This document shows, one piece after another, positions 41,208 through 53,805 of a stretch of DNA of 64,000 nucleotides (position 1 is its first letter; each line of letters opens with the position of its first letter). The notes under the pieces were generated by a model, which was not told the DNA's origin, searched no databases, and worked only from the letters and a program-made list of their open reading frames with translations. The translations under genes were made by a program, and so were the position numbers. This DNA comes from an uncultured Actinomycetota bacterium (lineage in GTDB: Bacteria; Actinomycetota; Actinomycetes; Propionibacteriales; Nocardioidaceae): positions 170,430 to 234,429 of the forward strand of contig CAVROK010000001.1 of the NCBI GenBank assembly GCA_963722835.1. The letters are read 5' to 3'.

Positions 41208-42555
41208 CTAGAGGGCGAGCTGCTGGCGTACGACGGTGGCGAGGCGCTCGGCGATCTGCTGGGCCTGGTCGGCGCTGGCGGCCTCGACCATGACGCGGAC
41301 GAGGGGCTCGGTGCCGGACGGGCGGAGCAGGACGCGGCCGGTCTCGCCGAGCTCGGCCTCCGCCTCGGCGACCGCCGCGGCGAGCACGAAGTCCTCGTCG
41401 GCGCGCGCCTTGTCGACGTCGGGGACGTTGACCAGCACCTGCGGCAGCCGGGTCATCACCGCACCGAGCTCGGCCAGGGACGAGCCGGTCGCGGCCATCC
41501 GGTCCAGGACGTGCAGCGCGGTGAGGATGCCGTCGCCGGTCGTCGCGTGGCGGCTCATGATCACGTGGCCGGACTGCTCGCCACCGAGGGTGAAGCCGGA
41601 CAGCTTCATCGCCTCGAGGACGTAGCGGTCCCCCACCTTCGTCTGCCGTACGCCGACCCCGGCGGCCTTCATCGCCTGCACGAAGCCGAGGTTGCTCATC
41701 ACGGTCGCGACGACCGTGTCGTCCTTCAGCTCACCCGGACTCCCGCATCGCCAGCGCGAGGATGGCCAGGATCTGGTCACCGTCGACCACGTCGCCGTTC
41801 GCGTCGACCGCGAGGCAGCGGTCGGCGTCACCGTCGAGGGCGAAGCCGACGTCCGCGCCGTGCTCGAGGACTGCCTTCTGCAGCACGTCGAGGTGCGTCG
41901 AGCCGCAGCCCTCGTTGATGTTGATGCCGTCGGGCTCCGCGCAGATCGGTACGACGTCCGCACCCGCCTCGCGCAGCGCCCGGGGACCCACCTCGTAGGC
42001 AGCGCCGTGCGCACAGTCGAGGACGACCTTGATGCCGGCCAGCGAGTGGCTGATCGTCGAGTCGAGGTGGGCGGCGTAGCGCTCGACCGCGGTGTCCAGG
42101 GTGGTGACCCGACCCACGGCAGCGCCGGTCGGGCGCTCCCAGGGCTCGCGCATCCGCTTCTCGATCGCCGCCTCGATGGCGTCGTCGAGCTTCACGCCCC
42201 CACGCGCCAGGAACTTGATCCCGTTGTCCGGCATCGCGTTGTGCGAGGCCGAGAGCATCACACCGAGGTCGGCGCCCAGGTCGCCGGTGAGCCACGCGAC
42301 GCCCGGCGTCGGGAGCTCACCGAGCAGGAGCACGTCGACGCCCGCCGAAGCGAGCCCGGCGACGACCGCTGCCTCGAGGAACTGCCCCGAGATCCGGGTG
42401 TCCCGGCCGACCACGGCGAGGGGACGGTGCCCCTCGAAGGTGCCGATCTCGGCCAGGATGTGGGCCGCGGAAACGGAAAGGTCCAGGGCCAGCTCAGCGG
42501 TGAGATCACCGTTGGCCAGGCCCCGGACCCCGTCCGTGCCGAAGAGGCGAACCAC
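41208..42555 (-). CDS. glmM: Phosphoglucosamine mutase (frameshift near 41735)
   Basis: [28 protein letters not shown] and RPSGTEP; follows rpsI. Confidence 0.95.
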
Positions 42556-42560
42556 AGGCC

Positions 42561-43075
42561 TCAGCGCTTGCTGAACTGCGGCGCCTTGCGGGCCTTCTTC
42601 AGACCAGCCTTCTTGCGCTCGATGACGCGCGCGTCGCGGGTCAGCAGACCGGCCTTCTTCAGACCCGGGTCGGTTGGCCTCTTCGTCGATGGAGTTCAGG
42701 CACCGGGCCACACCGAGACGCAGCGCGCCGGCCTGTCCGGTGATGCCACCGCCGTGGATGCGGGCGATCACGTCGAAGCGGCCCTCGAGCTGCGTGGTCG
42801 CGAACGGCTCGTTGACGACCTGCTGGTGCAGCTTGTTCGGGAAGTAGCTGTCGAGCTCGCGACCGTTGACGGTCCACTTGCCGGTGCCGGGCACGATCCG
42901 CACGCGCGCGACGGCCTCCTTGCGACGGCCGGTGGCCGCAGCAGGGGCGATGGTCGCGGGGCGGGCGGGGGCGTCGGCGCTCGGGAGCGCTCTCGGAGGA
43001 GTAGGCGACACCCTGCTCGTTGACCTCGAAGGTCTCCTCGCCGTCCTGGGTGTTCTCGGTGTCTGCGTCTGCCAC
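42561..43075 (-). CDS. rpsI: 30S ribosomal protein S9 (frameshifts near 42990 and 42668)
   Basis: [21 protein letters not shown] and [27 protein letters not shown]. Confidence 0.95.
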
Positions 43076-43107
43076 GGTGTTCCTTTGCGTGTTCTCGGGA
43101 GAGGTCG

Positions 43108-43551
43108 TCACTGGGAGATCTGCTTGATCTCGAAGGGCTGGGCCTTCTGGGCGGCGTGCGGGTGCTCGGGCCCGGCGTACACCTTCAGCTTCTTGAGGAT
43201 CTGGCGACCGAGGCGGTTCTTGGGGAGCATGCCCCAGACGGCCTTCTCCACGGCCTTGCGGGCGTCCTTCTCGATCAGGTCACCCATCGGGGTGGCCGAG
43301 AGGCCACCCGGGTAGCCGGAGTGGCGGTAGGACATCTTCTTGGTGGCCTTGTCGCCGGAGAGCGACACCTTCGAGGCGTTGACGACGATCACGAAGTCAC
43401 CGGTGTCGACGTGGGGGGCGAAGATCGGCTTGTGCTTGCCGCGCAACAGGTTCGCGACCTGGACGGCGAGGCGGCCCAACCGCACGTCGGTGGCGTCGAT
43501 GACGTGCCACTCGCGCTGGATGTCGCCTGGCTTGGGGCTGTACGTGCGCAA
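43108..43551 (-). CDS. rplM: 50S ribosomal protein L13 (TTG start)
   Basis: [33 protein letters not shown]; 147 aa. Confidence 0.97.
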   Translation of the reverse strand: MRTYSPKPGDIQREWHVIDATDVRLGRLAVQVANLLRGKHKPIFAPHVDTGDFVIVVNASKVSLSGDKATKKMSYRHSGYPGGLSATPMGDLIEKDARKAVEKAVWGMLPKNRLGRQILKKLKVYAGPEHPHAAQKAQPFEIKQISQ

Positions 43552-43880
43552 CGTTGTTGCCTTACTACTCGTTCGTGTCCAGCCCGGGCTGATTCCCGGG
43601 TGGTGATGGTGCTGCGCCTTCTGACGAACACTGCCCGCAACACGGTCTGGATCGACCGGCGGCGGGTCTGCCACAGGACCACAACGACGAAGTCCTGAAG
43701 CGGCAGGAGGCGCGACCGTCAAGATTACCGGGACGCCGGCTCAGGCGTCAAAACGGGACCCACTGGTCGGTCCCACCGGCATGGGCATAGGTTGAAGAAG
43801 GGAGGACATGGGCACTGTTACCACAGCATCGCCCCCGCTACCGCCACCTCGACCTGCTCTGTCGATCGCAAGGAGCCGAC

Positions 43881-45185
<1,305 letters not shown>

Positions 45186-45200
45186 CGACAGCCTCCTCCC

Positions 45201-46068
45201 GTGAGCAGGGCACCGCGCGACCTGCGCCCGTTCGGGCTGGCTCTCGGCACGGCTGTCGTCTCGCTGGTCGCTGATGTACCTCGCGGCGCGCCACGGCTGG
45301 CTCGGGGCGGACGCAGGCCGGGGTGACTCGTTCTGCGAGGCCGCACGGGACGGCTGGCTCAAGCAGCCGGCCAACGCGCTGAGCAACCTGGGCTTCGTCG
45401 TGGCCGGCGTCGCGATCGGCTGGCGCGCGGGTGTCCCGGAGGGGCGGCTCGCCCGACCGGGTCTGGCCACGGCGCTCGCCGTCGTGGTGGTGCTGCTCGG
45501 CCCGGGAAGCATGGCCATGCACGCCACCCAGTCCTCGCTCGGCGGTCATCTCGACCTCACCAGCATGTTCCTGGTGGCGAGCTTCGCGGCGGCGTACTCC
45601 CTGATGCGGTGGCGCGAGCGCGGGTCGGCGTACTTCTGGGGTGTCTTCGTCGTCGCGCTGCTCGGCTGCGAGCTGGTGGAGCGCATCCCCGGGGAGATCC
45701 CGGTGGTGATGCACGCGGGCAACCTGGTCTTCGGCGCCCTGTTCGCCGTCAGCCTCGTCCTCGAGGTGCGGCTGCGTCGCCGCGACGGCGAGGCCGGTGA
45801 CGTGCGCTGGATCGGAGGCGCGGTCGTGGCGATCGCGGTCGCCTTCGTCGTGTGGAACCTGGCCAAGGACGGCGCTCCGCTGTGCGACCCGGACTCGCTG
45901 GTGCAGGGCCACGCGGTCTGGCACCTGCTGGGCGCCGTGAGCGTCTACTGCCTCTACCGCTACTGGAGCTCGATCGCGGCCAGCCACGAGGCGACTTCTC
46001 CGCGCGGAGCTGACCACGCCCCAAGACGAGTGCGTGGCGCCGCTGCGGGCTCCACGAACGCCGGGTAG
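45201..46068 (+). CDS. Ceramidase-domain (CREST superfamily) membrane protein (frameshift near 45270)
   Basis: FCE, QPANALSN, GSMAMH, D and GHAVWH motifs. Confidence 0.8.
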
Positions 46069-46111
46069 GGTCCTGCCCGGCGTAGGGGAGACGCCTCACA
46101 CGGAGGTGTAT

Positions 46112-48682
46112 GTGGCCGAACGGACCCAGGCGGCTCGGGTTCCGCGGTTTTCGATCGTCTCGGCGGTCTACGGCGTCGAGAAGTACCTCGGTGACTTCAT
46201 CGACGCCATCGAGCGGCAGGACTTCCCGCTCGACGAGGTCGAGATCGTCATGGTCGACGACGGCTCCACGGACGGGTCGGCGGAGATCCTGGCGGCCTGG
46301 CAGGCCCGCCGCCCCGAGCTGGTCCGGGTCGTGTCGCAGGCCAACACCGGGCTGCCCAAGGCACGCAACGCCGGTCTCGCGCTGGTCCGCGGCGAGTGGC
46401 TGACGTTCATCGACCCCGACGACATGGTCGCGCCGTCGTACCTCTCCGAGGTCGACGCCGTGCTCCGCAAGCACCCCGAGATCGCGATGGTCGCCACGCA
46501 TCGCACGATGCTGTGGGACAGCACCGGCGAGCGAGGTCTGCACCCCCTCGATGCGCAGTTCGGGCCGGTCAACCGGGTCCGCGACCTCGACGAGCACCCG
46601 GAGTTCTTCCACGGCCACGCACCGTCCGCGTTCGTGCGCCGCGACGTGGTCGAGCGGTGGGGACTCCAGTTCGACGAGCTGGTCCGGCCGAACTTCGAGG
46701 ACGGGCACTTCTGCGTCAGCTACCTCCTGCGCGTGGAACGTCCCCTGGTCGCGTTCGTCTCCACCGCCGAGTACCTCTACCGCAAGCGCGACGACCAGAC
46801 GTCCGTGCTCAGCCAGAGCCATGCGGACCCCGGGCGCTACACCACCGTCCTCGAGCACGGCTACCTCGACATCCTCCAGCAGGCACACGACCGGCTGGGC
46901 CGGGTGCCGGAGTGGCTGCAGAGCTTCGTCCTCTACGAGCTCAGCTGGTACTTCGCCGCCCAGGAGGTCTTCGCGAGCTCCGCGTCGGCGGCGTACGGCG
47001 AGACCGCCGAGCAGATGCACCGCCTGATGGCCCGGATCGTCGCGTTCCTCGACCGCGGCGTGATCGAGAGCTTCACCTTGCGGCCGTTCCCGCAGGTGTG
47101 GCGCGAGGTCCTGCTGCACGGGTACGCCGGGGACCGGTGGCACACGTCGTTCGCGCTCGTCGACAAGCTCGACACCGACCAGCGCCTGGTGCGCGTCAGC
47201 TACCGCTACGCCGGCACGCCTCCCCGCGAGGAGTTCTTCAGCGAGGGGGTGGCCGTCGAGCCGGCGTACGCGAAGACGCGGGGAGTCGTCTACTTCGACC
47301 GCGCCCTGCTCCACGAGCGGATCGTCTGGCTGCAGTCGGGGGCGGTCCGGGTGAGGCTCGACGGCATCGACGTCGAGGCGAGGTTCGAGGAGCCCGGTCC
47401 GCCCGCCTACCACCTCCGGCTGTGGGAGATCCGCGAGCGCTTCGTCCCCGAGCTGGCGGCGGCGTCGCCGGAGCCCGAGCAGACGAGGCCCACGCCAGGG
47501 CTGAGGGGTCGAGCGATTCTCCGCGCCGCGCGCAGCCAGTGGGCCAGACGCCGCTTCGCCGACGCGTGGGTGCTGATGGACCGCATCGACGACGCCGACG
47601 ACAGCGCCGAGCTGCTGTTCCGCTTCCTGCGCCGACGGCGCCAGGGGGTCAACGCCTGGTTCGTCATCCGCAAGGGCACCCCCGGGCACCGCCGGTTGCG
47701 CAAGGCCGGCTTCCGTCGCGTGGTCCCGCACGGCTCCCTCCGCTGGAAGCTGCTGATGCTCAACTGCCGCCAGCTGGTGTCGTCGTACGCCGACGAGGAC
47801 ATCATCCGACCTCCCGCGATCACCGAGCTCGCCGTCCCCACGTGGCGCTTCGCCTACCTCCAGCACGGCGTGCTGAAGGACGACCTCTCCGGCTGGCTCA
47901 ACCCCAAGGACGTCGACGTGCTGGTCACCAGCACCCGTGCCGAGTACGACTCCGTGGTGGCCGACGGCTCGCCGTACCGGTACGGCGAGCGCGAGACCGT
48001 GCTCACCGGTCTCCCCCGCTTCGACCGGCTGCGTCGCGTCGGGAAGCGGTTCCCGCCCGAACGCCGGGACCTGCTCCTGCTCGCACCGACCTGGCGCACC
48101 TGGCTGGTCGGTGACGCGGCGGAGTCCGACTTCGCCCGGCAGTGGCTGTCCCTCGCCGGGTCGGACGAGCTCCGGGCGCTCGCGGAGAGCCACGGGCTCA
48201 CCATCGGCCTGCTGCTGCACCCCGAGCTGCAGGGGATCGCGGACCGGCTCGACGTCCCCGACCACGTGCAGGTGCTGAGGTTCGCCGGCCAGAACGTCCG
48301 GCAGAAGTTCGCCCGGGCGCGGGTGATGGTGACCGACTACTCCTCGATGGCCTTCAACGCGGCGTACATCGAGCGACCGGTCGTGTACTTCCAGTTCGAC
48401 CACGAGCGCGTCGGGAGCGGCGAGCACCTCGGGCGCCGCGGCTACTTCGACTACGAGCGCGACGGGTTCGGCCCGGTCGCGCACACGTGCGAGCAGGCGC
48501 TGGCCGCGATCACCGCCACCGTCGGGCAGGGGCCGCACCCCGCGCCGGAGTACCTCGCTCGCATCGAGGAGGCGTTCCCGGTGCGCGACGGCCAGTGCAC
48601 CAAGCGCGTCCACCGGGCCATCGTCCAGTCCCAGCAGCGCGTGCCACGTCAGACCGTCGAGCGGTCCCGTCCCGCCCAGTAG
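46112..48682 (+). CDS. GT2 glycosyltransferase fused to CDP-glycerol glycerophosphotransferase (TagF-like)
   Basis: VDDGSTD, FIDPDD, YLQHG, TGLPRFD, APTWR and VTDYSS. Confidence 0.9.
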   Translation: MAERTQAARVPRFSIVSAVYGVEKYLGDFIDAIERQDFPLDEVEIVMVDDGSTDGSAEILAAWQARRPELVRVVSQANTGLPKARNAGLALVRGEWLTFIDPDDMVAPSYLSEVDAVLRKHPEIAMVATHRTMLWDSTGERGLHPLDAQFGPVNRVRDLDEHPEFFHGHAPSAFVRRDVVERWGLQFDELVRPNFEDGHFCVSYLLRVERPLVAFVSTAEYLYRKRDDQTSVLSQSHADPGRYTTVLEHGYLDILQQAHDRLGRVPEWLQSFVLYELSWYFAAQEVFASSASAAYGETAEQMHRLMARIVAFLDRGVIESFTLRPFPQVWREVLLHGYAGDRWHTSFALVDKLDTDQRLVRVSYRYAGTPPREEFFSEGVAVEPAYAKTRGVVYFDRALLHERIVWLQSGAVRVRLDGIDVEARFEEPGPPAYHLRLWEIRERFVPELAAASPEPEQTRPTPGLRGRAILRAARSQWARRRFADAWVLMDRIDDADDSAELLFRFLRRRRQGVNAWFVIRKGTPGHRRLRKAGFRRVVPHGSLRWKLLMLNCRQLVSSYADEDIIRPPAITELAVPTWRFAYLQHGVLKDDLSGWLNPKDVDVLVTSTRAEYDSVVADGSPYRYGERETVLTGLPRFDRLRRVGKRFPPERRDLLLLAPTWRTWLVGDAAESDFARQWLSLAGSDELRALAESHGLTIGLLLHPELQGIADRLDVPDHVQVLRFAGQNVRQKFARARVMVTDYSSMAFNAAYIERPVVYFQFDHERVGSGEHLGRRGYFDYERDGFGPVAHTCEQALAAITATVGQGPHPAPEYLARIEEAFPVRDGQCTKRVHRAIVQSQQRVPRQTVERSRPAQ

Positions 48683-50223
48683 GGCTGCCGCAGGTCGCGC
48701 TTGAGGATCTTGCCCGTCGGGTTGCGCGGCAGGGCGTCGAGGATGTCGACGGACGTCGGGCACTTGTAGTGGGCGAGGTGCTCGCGGCAGTAGGCGATCA
48801 GCTCCTCCTCGGTCGCCTCGGTGTCGGGCTTCAGCGCCACGACGGCCTTCACGGTCTCGCCCCAGCGCTCGTGGGGCACGCCGATGATGGCCACCTCCAT
48901 GACCGAGGGGTGCTCGGCCAGGACCCGCTCGATCTCGGGTGAGTAGATGTTCTCCCCGCCCGAGATGATCATGTCCTTGAGCCGGTCCTCGACGTAGACG
49001 AAGCCGTCGGCGTCGACCTTGCCCATGTCACCGGTGCGGAACCAGCCGTCCTCGGTGATCACCTCGGCGGTGGCCTCCGGCTTGTTCAGGTAGCCGCGCA
49101 TCAGCTGCGGCGTACGGAACCAGAGCTCGCCGTGCTCGCCCGTGCCGACCTCCTCGAGCGACTCCGGGTCGACCACCTTCACCTCGGCTCCGGGGATGCA
49201 CTGGCCGGCGCTGACCAGTCGCTCCGGGTGCGCCTCGTCGCGGTGGGCCTCGGGCATCAGGTGCGTGATCACGCCGCACAGCTCGGTGAGCCCGTAGACC
49301 TGGATGAAGTCGGTGTCCGGCCAGGCCTTGATCGCCGCGCGCAGCAGCGGCATCGGCATCGGCGCCGCGCCGTAGCAGTAGGTCTTGAGCGCGCCGAACA
49401 GCTTGATCGCGTCGTCGCCCGACTGCAGCACCTGTGCCAGCACGGCCGGGACGAGGAAGGTGCGGTTGGCGCCCTGCATGATCGCGCCGGCGAGCGAGGC
49501 GCCGTCGGGGTCGCGGGTCATCACGCTCGGGACGCCGTCGTGGATCCCGAACAGGACGTACGACGAGCCGCCGACGTGGAACAGCGGCATCGACACCATG
49601 TTCTTGTCGCCGTCGTCGAATCCCCAACCCTCGTGGGCGTTCAGGGTGTGCGCGACCATGTTCGCCTGCGACAGCGTGACGCCCTTGGGGTGGCCCGTCG
49701 TGCCGGAGGAGTACATCACCAGGCAGATGTCGTCGGGGGTGACCTCGGGGTCGCGTCCGATCGGCTCGGCCGACGCGAGCAGCGCTTCGTACTCGTCGCC
49801 GTCGCCGCCCTCCGGGGTCACCTCGATGACGTGCTCGACGTTGGTGAGCTTGTCGCGGATCTTGTCGATCAGCGGCATCAGCTCGGTGCCGACGAGCAGC
49901 AGCTTGGCTCCCGAGTCGTTGACGGCGTAGTCCACCTCGTCGCCGGCCAGCCGGAAGTTGATGATCGCGTTGGCCGCCCCGATCGACGCCGCCGCCATGG
50001 TCAGCTCGACGCAGGAGGGGTGGTTCTTGTCGAGGAACGAGACCACGTCGCCACGGCCGATGCCCTTCGCCTTCAGGGCGCCCGCGAGGCGGCGTACGCG
50101 CTCGTCGGTCTCCGCCCACGTCCAGGTGCGCCCGAGGTAGGTGAAGGCCTCGCCGTCGGGGTTCGCCTCCGCCCAGTGGCTCAGTCGGTCGTCCAGGAAG
50201 GTCGGGTCGGCGAGAGCGGTCAT
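48649..50223 (-). CDS. Long-chain fatty acid-CoA ligase
   Basis: YSSGTTGHPKG, YGLTE, GWFRTGD and PRNPTGK. Confidence 0.93.
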   Translation of the reverse strand: MTALADPTFLDDRLSHWAEANPDGEAFTYLGRTWTWAETDERVRRLAGALKAKGIGRGDVVSFLDKNHPSCVELTMAAASIGAANAIINFRLAGDEVDYAVNDSGAKLLLVGTELMPLIDKIRDKLTNVEHVIEVTPEGGDGDEYEALLASAEPIGRDPEVTPDDICLVMYSSGTTGHPKGVTLSQANMVAHTLNAHEGWGFDDGDKNMVSMPLFHVGGSSYVLFGIHDGVPSVMTRDPDGASLAGAIMQGANRTFLVPAVLAQVLQSGDDAIKLFGALKTYCYGAAPMPMPLLRAAIKAWPDTDFIQVYGLTELCGVITHLMPEAHRDEAHPERLVSAGQCIPGAEVKVVDPESLEEVGTGEHGELWFRTPQLMRGYLNKPEATAEVITEDGWFRTGDMGKVDADGFVYVEDRLKDMIISGGENIYSPEIERVLAEHPSVMEVAIIGVPHERWGETVKAVVALKPDTEATEEELIAYCREHLAHYKCPTSVDILDALPRNPTGKILKRDLRQPYWAGRDRSTV

Positions 50224-50305
50224 CAGCAAGGTCTCCTCGGGCCAAGGCGGGTGATGCGCAGAGCGTGACACAGGCCACAACGGGCGGCAACGGACGCGGG
50301 TTCCG

Positions 50306-50971
50306 TCAGCGACCCTCGGACGGTGCCGCGAAGCCGGCCTCGCGGGCCTTGACGATCGCGGCGGACCGGTCGCTGACCTGGAGCTTGGTGAAGATGTTGG
50401 AGACGTGGTTGCGCACGGTCTTCAGGCTGATCATCAGGTCGTGCGCGATGTTGGCGTTGCCCTGCCCGCCGGCGATCCGCTCGAGGATCTCCCGCTCCCG
50501 GTCGGTCAGCCCCGGGAACGCCTCGCGCGCCGACCCTGCGCCGGTGGAGAAGTGGGCGATCACCCGGCGGGCGATCTCCGGGCCGAAGATGGCCTCACCG
50601 GCCGCCACCGCGCGGATGGCCCGGACGATCTCGTCCTGCTGCGAGCCCTTGAGGAGGTAGCCGAGCGCGCCGGCCCGCATGGCGGCGTACACCGAGTCGT
50701 CGTCCTCGAACATCGTCAGCACGATCACCGCCGCCGACGGGGCCACCTGCTGCAACCGCCGGGTCGCCTCGATGCCGTCGACCTCCGGCATCCGCAGGTC
50801 CATCACCACGACGTCGGGGGCGAGCTCCTGGGTCAGCTCGATCGCCTCGGCGCCGGTCTGCGCGTCGCCGACCACCTCGAGGTCGGGGACGTCCTGGAGC
50901 ATCTGCCGCAGCCCGGTGCGGAAGGCCGGGTGGTCGTCGGCGACCAGGATGCGGGTCGGGGTCTCGGTCAT
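50306..50971 (-). CDS. NarL-family response regulator
   Basis: REC domain plus the LTDREREIL..ISLKTVRNHVSNIFTKL HTH. Confidence 0.93.
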   Translation of the reverse strand: MTETPTRILVADDHPAFRTGLRQMLQDVPDLEVVGDAQTGAEAIELTQELAPDVVVMDLRMPEVDGIEATRRLQQVAPSAAVIVLTMFEDDDSVYAAMRAGALGYLLKGSQQDEIVRAIRAVAAGEAIFGPEIARRVIAHFSTGAGSAREAFPGLTDREREILERIAGGQGNANIAHDLMISLKTVRNHVSNIFTKLQVSDRSAAIVKAREAGFAAPSEGR

Positions 50972-52981
50972 GGCTGGACCGCCTCGACGTCCGCCGCGGC
51001 GTCGGCGTCACTCAGCGGCAGCACGGCGCGTACGACGAGACCGCCACCGGCGCGCGAGCTGACCGTGCAGGTGCCACCGAGCTCCTCGGCACGCTCCGAC
51101 ATCGAGGTCCACCCGACCCCGGACGGAGTGCCGGGCCTGGCGCCGTGGCCGTTGTCGCTGACGGTCAGCTCGAAGCCGCCGTTCACCGCGACGTGCACGA
51201 CGCAACGGGTCGCGCCGGAGTGCCGGGCGACGTTGGTCATCGCCTCGGCGGCGATCCGGAAGGCGGCCACCTCGACGGCGGCCGGCAGGGGCGGCAGCGC
51301 GGCCGGTCCGCCCACCTCGACGTCGAGCTCGGCACCCTGGGTCAGTGAGGCGGCACGCTGGCGGATCGCGCCCAGCAGCCCGACCTCGTCGATGGCCGGC
51401 GGCCGCAGGTCGTCGACGAGCCGCCGCACCTCCGCGATCGCGCCGGTCGCCTCGGCGAGCGTCTGCTCGAGGAGCTCGGCGCGGGCGGACTCGTCGGTGC
51501 GGCTCTGCGTCGCGTTCAGCTTCAGCACGATCGCGGCCAGGCTCGGGCCGAGCCCGTCGTGGAGGTCACGACGCAACCGACGACGCTCCTCCTCCCGTGC
51601 CTTCACCAGGCGTGCCCGCGAGGCCTGCAGGTCGGCGGCCAGCGTGGCCGCCTGGACCACGACGGCCGCGTGCCGGGCCAGGTCGTGCAGCAGCTCGAGG
51701 TCCGCCGTGGCGAGGGTGCGCCCGCGCGGCACCTCGACGGCCAGGTCGCCCAGGCGTTCGCCGCGGTGGACCAGCGGCACGCGCACGACGCGGTCGTCGT
51801 CGGCGCCGTCGGGCACGGTGTCGCGCTCGATCCACGCGCGCTGGACCCGCAGTGCGTCGACGACCGATCCCGTGACCGAGTCGATGACCCCGGCCGGGTC
51901 GGTGGTGCCCTCGACCCGGTCGGCCAGCCTCCGCAGCGCGAGGCCCGGGTCGTTGCGGTCGCCGTACACCATCCGCTCGACGCGACGACGCAGCCAGCCG
52001 TGCGCAGGTTGCACGACGACGGCGACGATCCCGACGGCGACCAGTCCGGCGACGGAGTCGCGGGCGACGAGCGCGTCGGCTCCCCAGAGCACGAGCGCGT
52101 AGATGCCGACGACCCCGACGGTCAGGGCGGCGTACGTCACGGTGCGGCTGAGCACGAGCTCGATGTCGAAGAGCCGCGTGCGCAGGATCGCGACCCCGAT
52201 CACGACCGGGATCACGCTGCCCAGGAGGCATACCGCGAGCAGGGTGATCGTCCCGGCGTCCCCCGTCAGCGCGTAGTCGAGCCAGCACATCGCGATGATC
52301 GTCGGGATGCTGATCGCGGCCCAGCTGAACCAGAGCAGCTGGAGCCGCTCCTCCCCCTCGGCGTCCTTCAGCCGTGCCCGGGCGCAGAACACCGTGCCGA
52401 CGAGGCTGGCTGTCACGAAGAGCAGCCCGATCGGAGCCGATGACGTCCGAGGCTGTGCCCTCCAGCCAGGGAAGGGGCAGGTCCTCGCCGGGGTAGAAGT
52501 CGTGGAAGCTCTGCGGGTCGCCGGCGGCTCCGACGACGAACGCGACGTATCCCGCCATGCACACGAGCACCCAGCGCCGCCACCGTCGGTTGCGGAAGTG
52601 CCCGTCCGGGAACAGGTAGCCGATCAGCACCAGGCAGAGGTAGAGCAGCACCCAGGACCCGCTCGAGAGCTGGCCGATCACCAGCTCGGCCTGCGACGAA
52701 GCGCCCACCGGTGGCGTGCCGAGTCCCAGGCCGACGAGCGCGGAGTGCGCGGAGAGCAGCCAGCCGATCCGGTTGCCCAGGTCGCGCCGCAGGATCAGGA
52801 AGCCGACCACCCCGGGGCAGACGATCACCAGGAGGACGGGCGCGAACTGCCACCTCTCCTCGGCGGCCTGCTGCGGGTCGCTGACCGCGACGAAGGCCAC
52901 CATGGCGAGCCCCAGCGCGGGCAGCAGCCCCGCCAGGACGAGCCGGCCCCGCGCGCGAGCGGGAGGGGCGACGGCGGTCAT
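50968..52981 (-). CDS. Membrane sensor histidine kinase, HisKA_3 type (frameshift near 52430)
   Basis: Multi-TM N-terminus; ERRRLRRDLHDGLG, EAMTNVARHS, DNGHG and GGT. Confidence 0.9.
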
Positions 52982-53021
52982 GACGTCAGTCTGTGCGGTC
53001 GGGAGCCCTGGTGTCTGCACG

Positions 53022-53040
53022 CCCGGGAACAGTTCCCGGG
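53022..53040. promoter_or_regulatory. Palindrome between the divergent kinase and membrane-protein genes (probable response-regulator site)
   Basis: CCCGGGAAC-A-GTTCCCGGG is a perfect 19-bp dyad. Confidence 0.5.
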
Positions 53041-53140
53041 TCGTCTAGGACACCTGGATCGTGCGCCCGAGCCGGGTGGACCGCCAGCGTCGACGTCGTA
53101 CGGCGGCAGTCGTCGTACCGATCACACCGAGGAGGCGGCC

Positions 53141-53784
53141 ATGCCGCAGAGCACCTTCGAGAAGTTCCTCCCGGCCTCAGGCATCCTGGCCGGCATCCTG
53201 TTCGCGGTCTCGGGCTACCTGGCGAAGACGCCGGAGAGTCTCTCCGAGAACCCGTCACCGTGATGGCGGGGCACGAGACGCAGAACTACATCGCCCTGGT
53301 CGCCGGGGCCCTGTTCGCCGTCGCGCTCGCCTTCTTCACGGTCGGCATCCGGCAGGCGCTGCGGTCGGGCGAGCCCGGCGAGTCGACGTACTCCAGCGGC
53401 GCGTTCGCCGGCGGCATCATCCTCGCGGTGGTCAGCGCGATGAACGCGTGGGTGATGATCACGCTCCTCGACACCGTCGACCGCGGGGAGGTCGGATCCG
53501 CGCGCCTGATCGGTGCGCTCGGCGTGAACACCTGGCTGCCCTTCATGGTGGGGGCCGCGGTGCTGCTGCTCTCGACCGGGCTCGGCGGCCTGCGGACCGC
53601 CGTACTGCCGAAGTGGCTGGCGATCGTCACGATCGTGCTCGGGGTGTGCGCCCTGCTCGGCCCGACGGGCTTCGCGGTCTGGTTCGCGATGCCGGTCTGG
53701 TGCGTCGTCGTCGGCGTCGTGCTGATGCGTCGCCAGTCCGCGACCACTCCGTCGCCGCAGCTGCGGGAGCCGGCCTCGGCCTGA
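53141..53784 (+). CDS. Membrane protein, DUF4386-like (frameshift near 53250)
   Basis: About six TM helices with VLPKWL near the C-terminus; GAGGAGG RBS. Confidence 0.7.
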
Positions 53785-53805
53785 GGACCGTCCTGCGGAG
53801 CCCGG

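Noticed and set aside
41731-43011. Apparent S9-GlmM fusion ORF of 426 aa
   Set aside because: It is an artefact of an indel near 42668. The normal S9 C-terminus and stop codon are present in another frame at 42561.
50236-50256. GGGTGATG half-site near the fatty acid-CoA ligase start
   Set aside because: It points away from the gene, the partner half is poor and no correctly spaced -10 is present.
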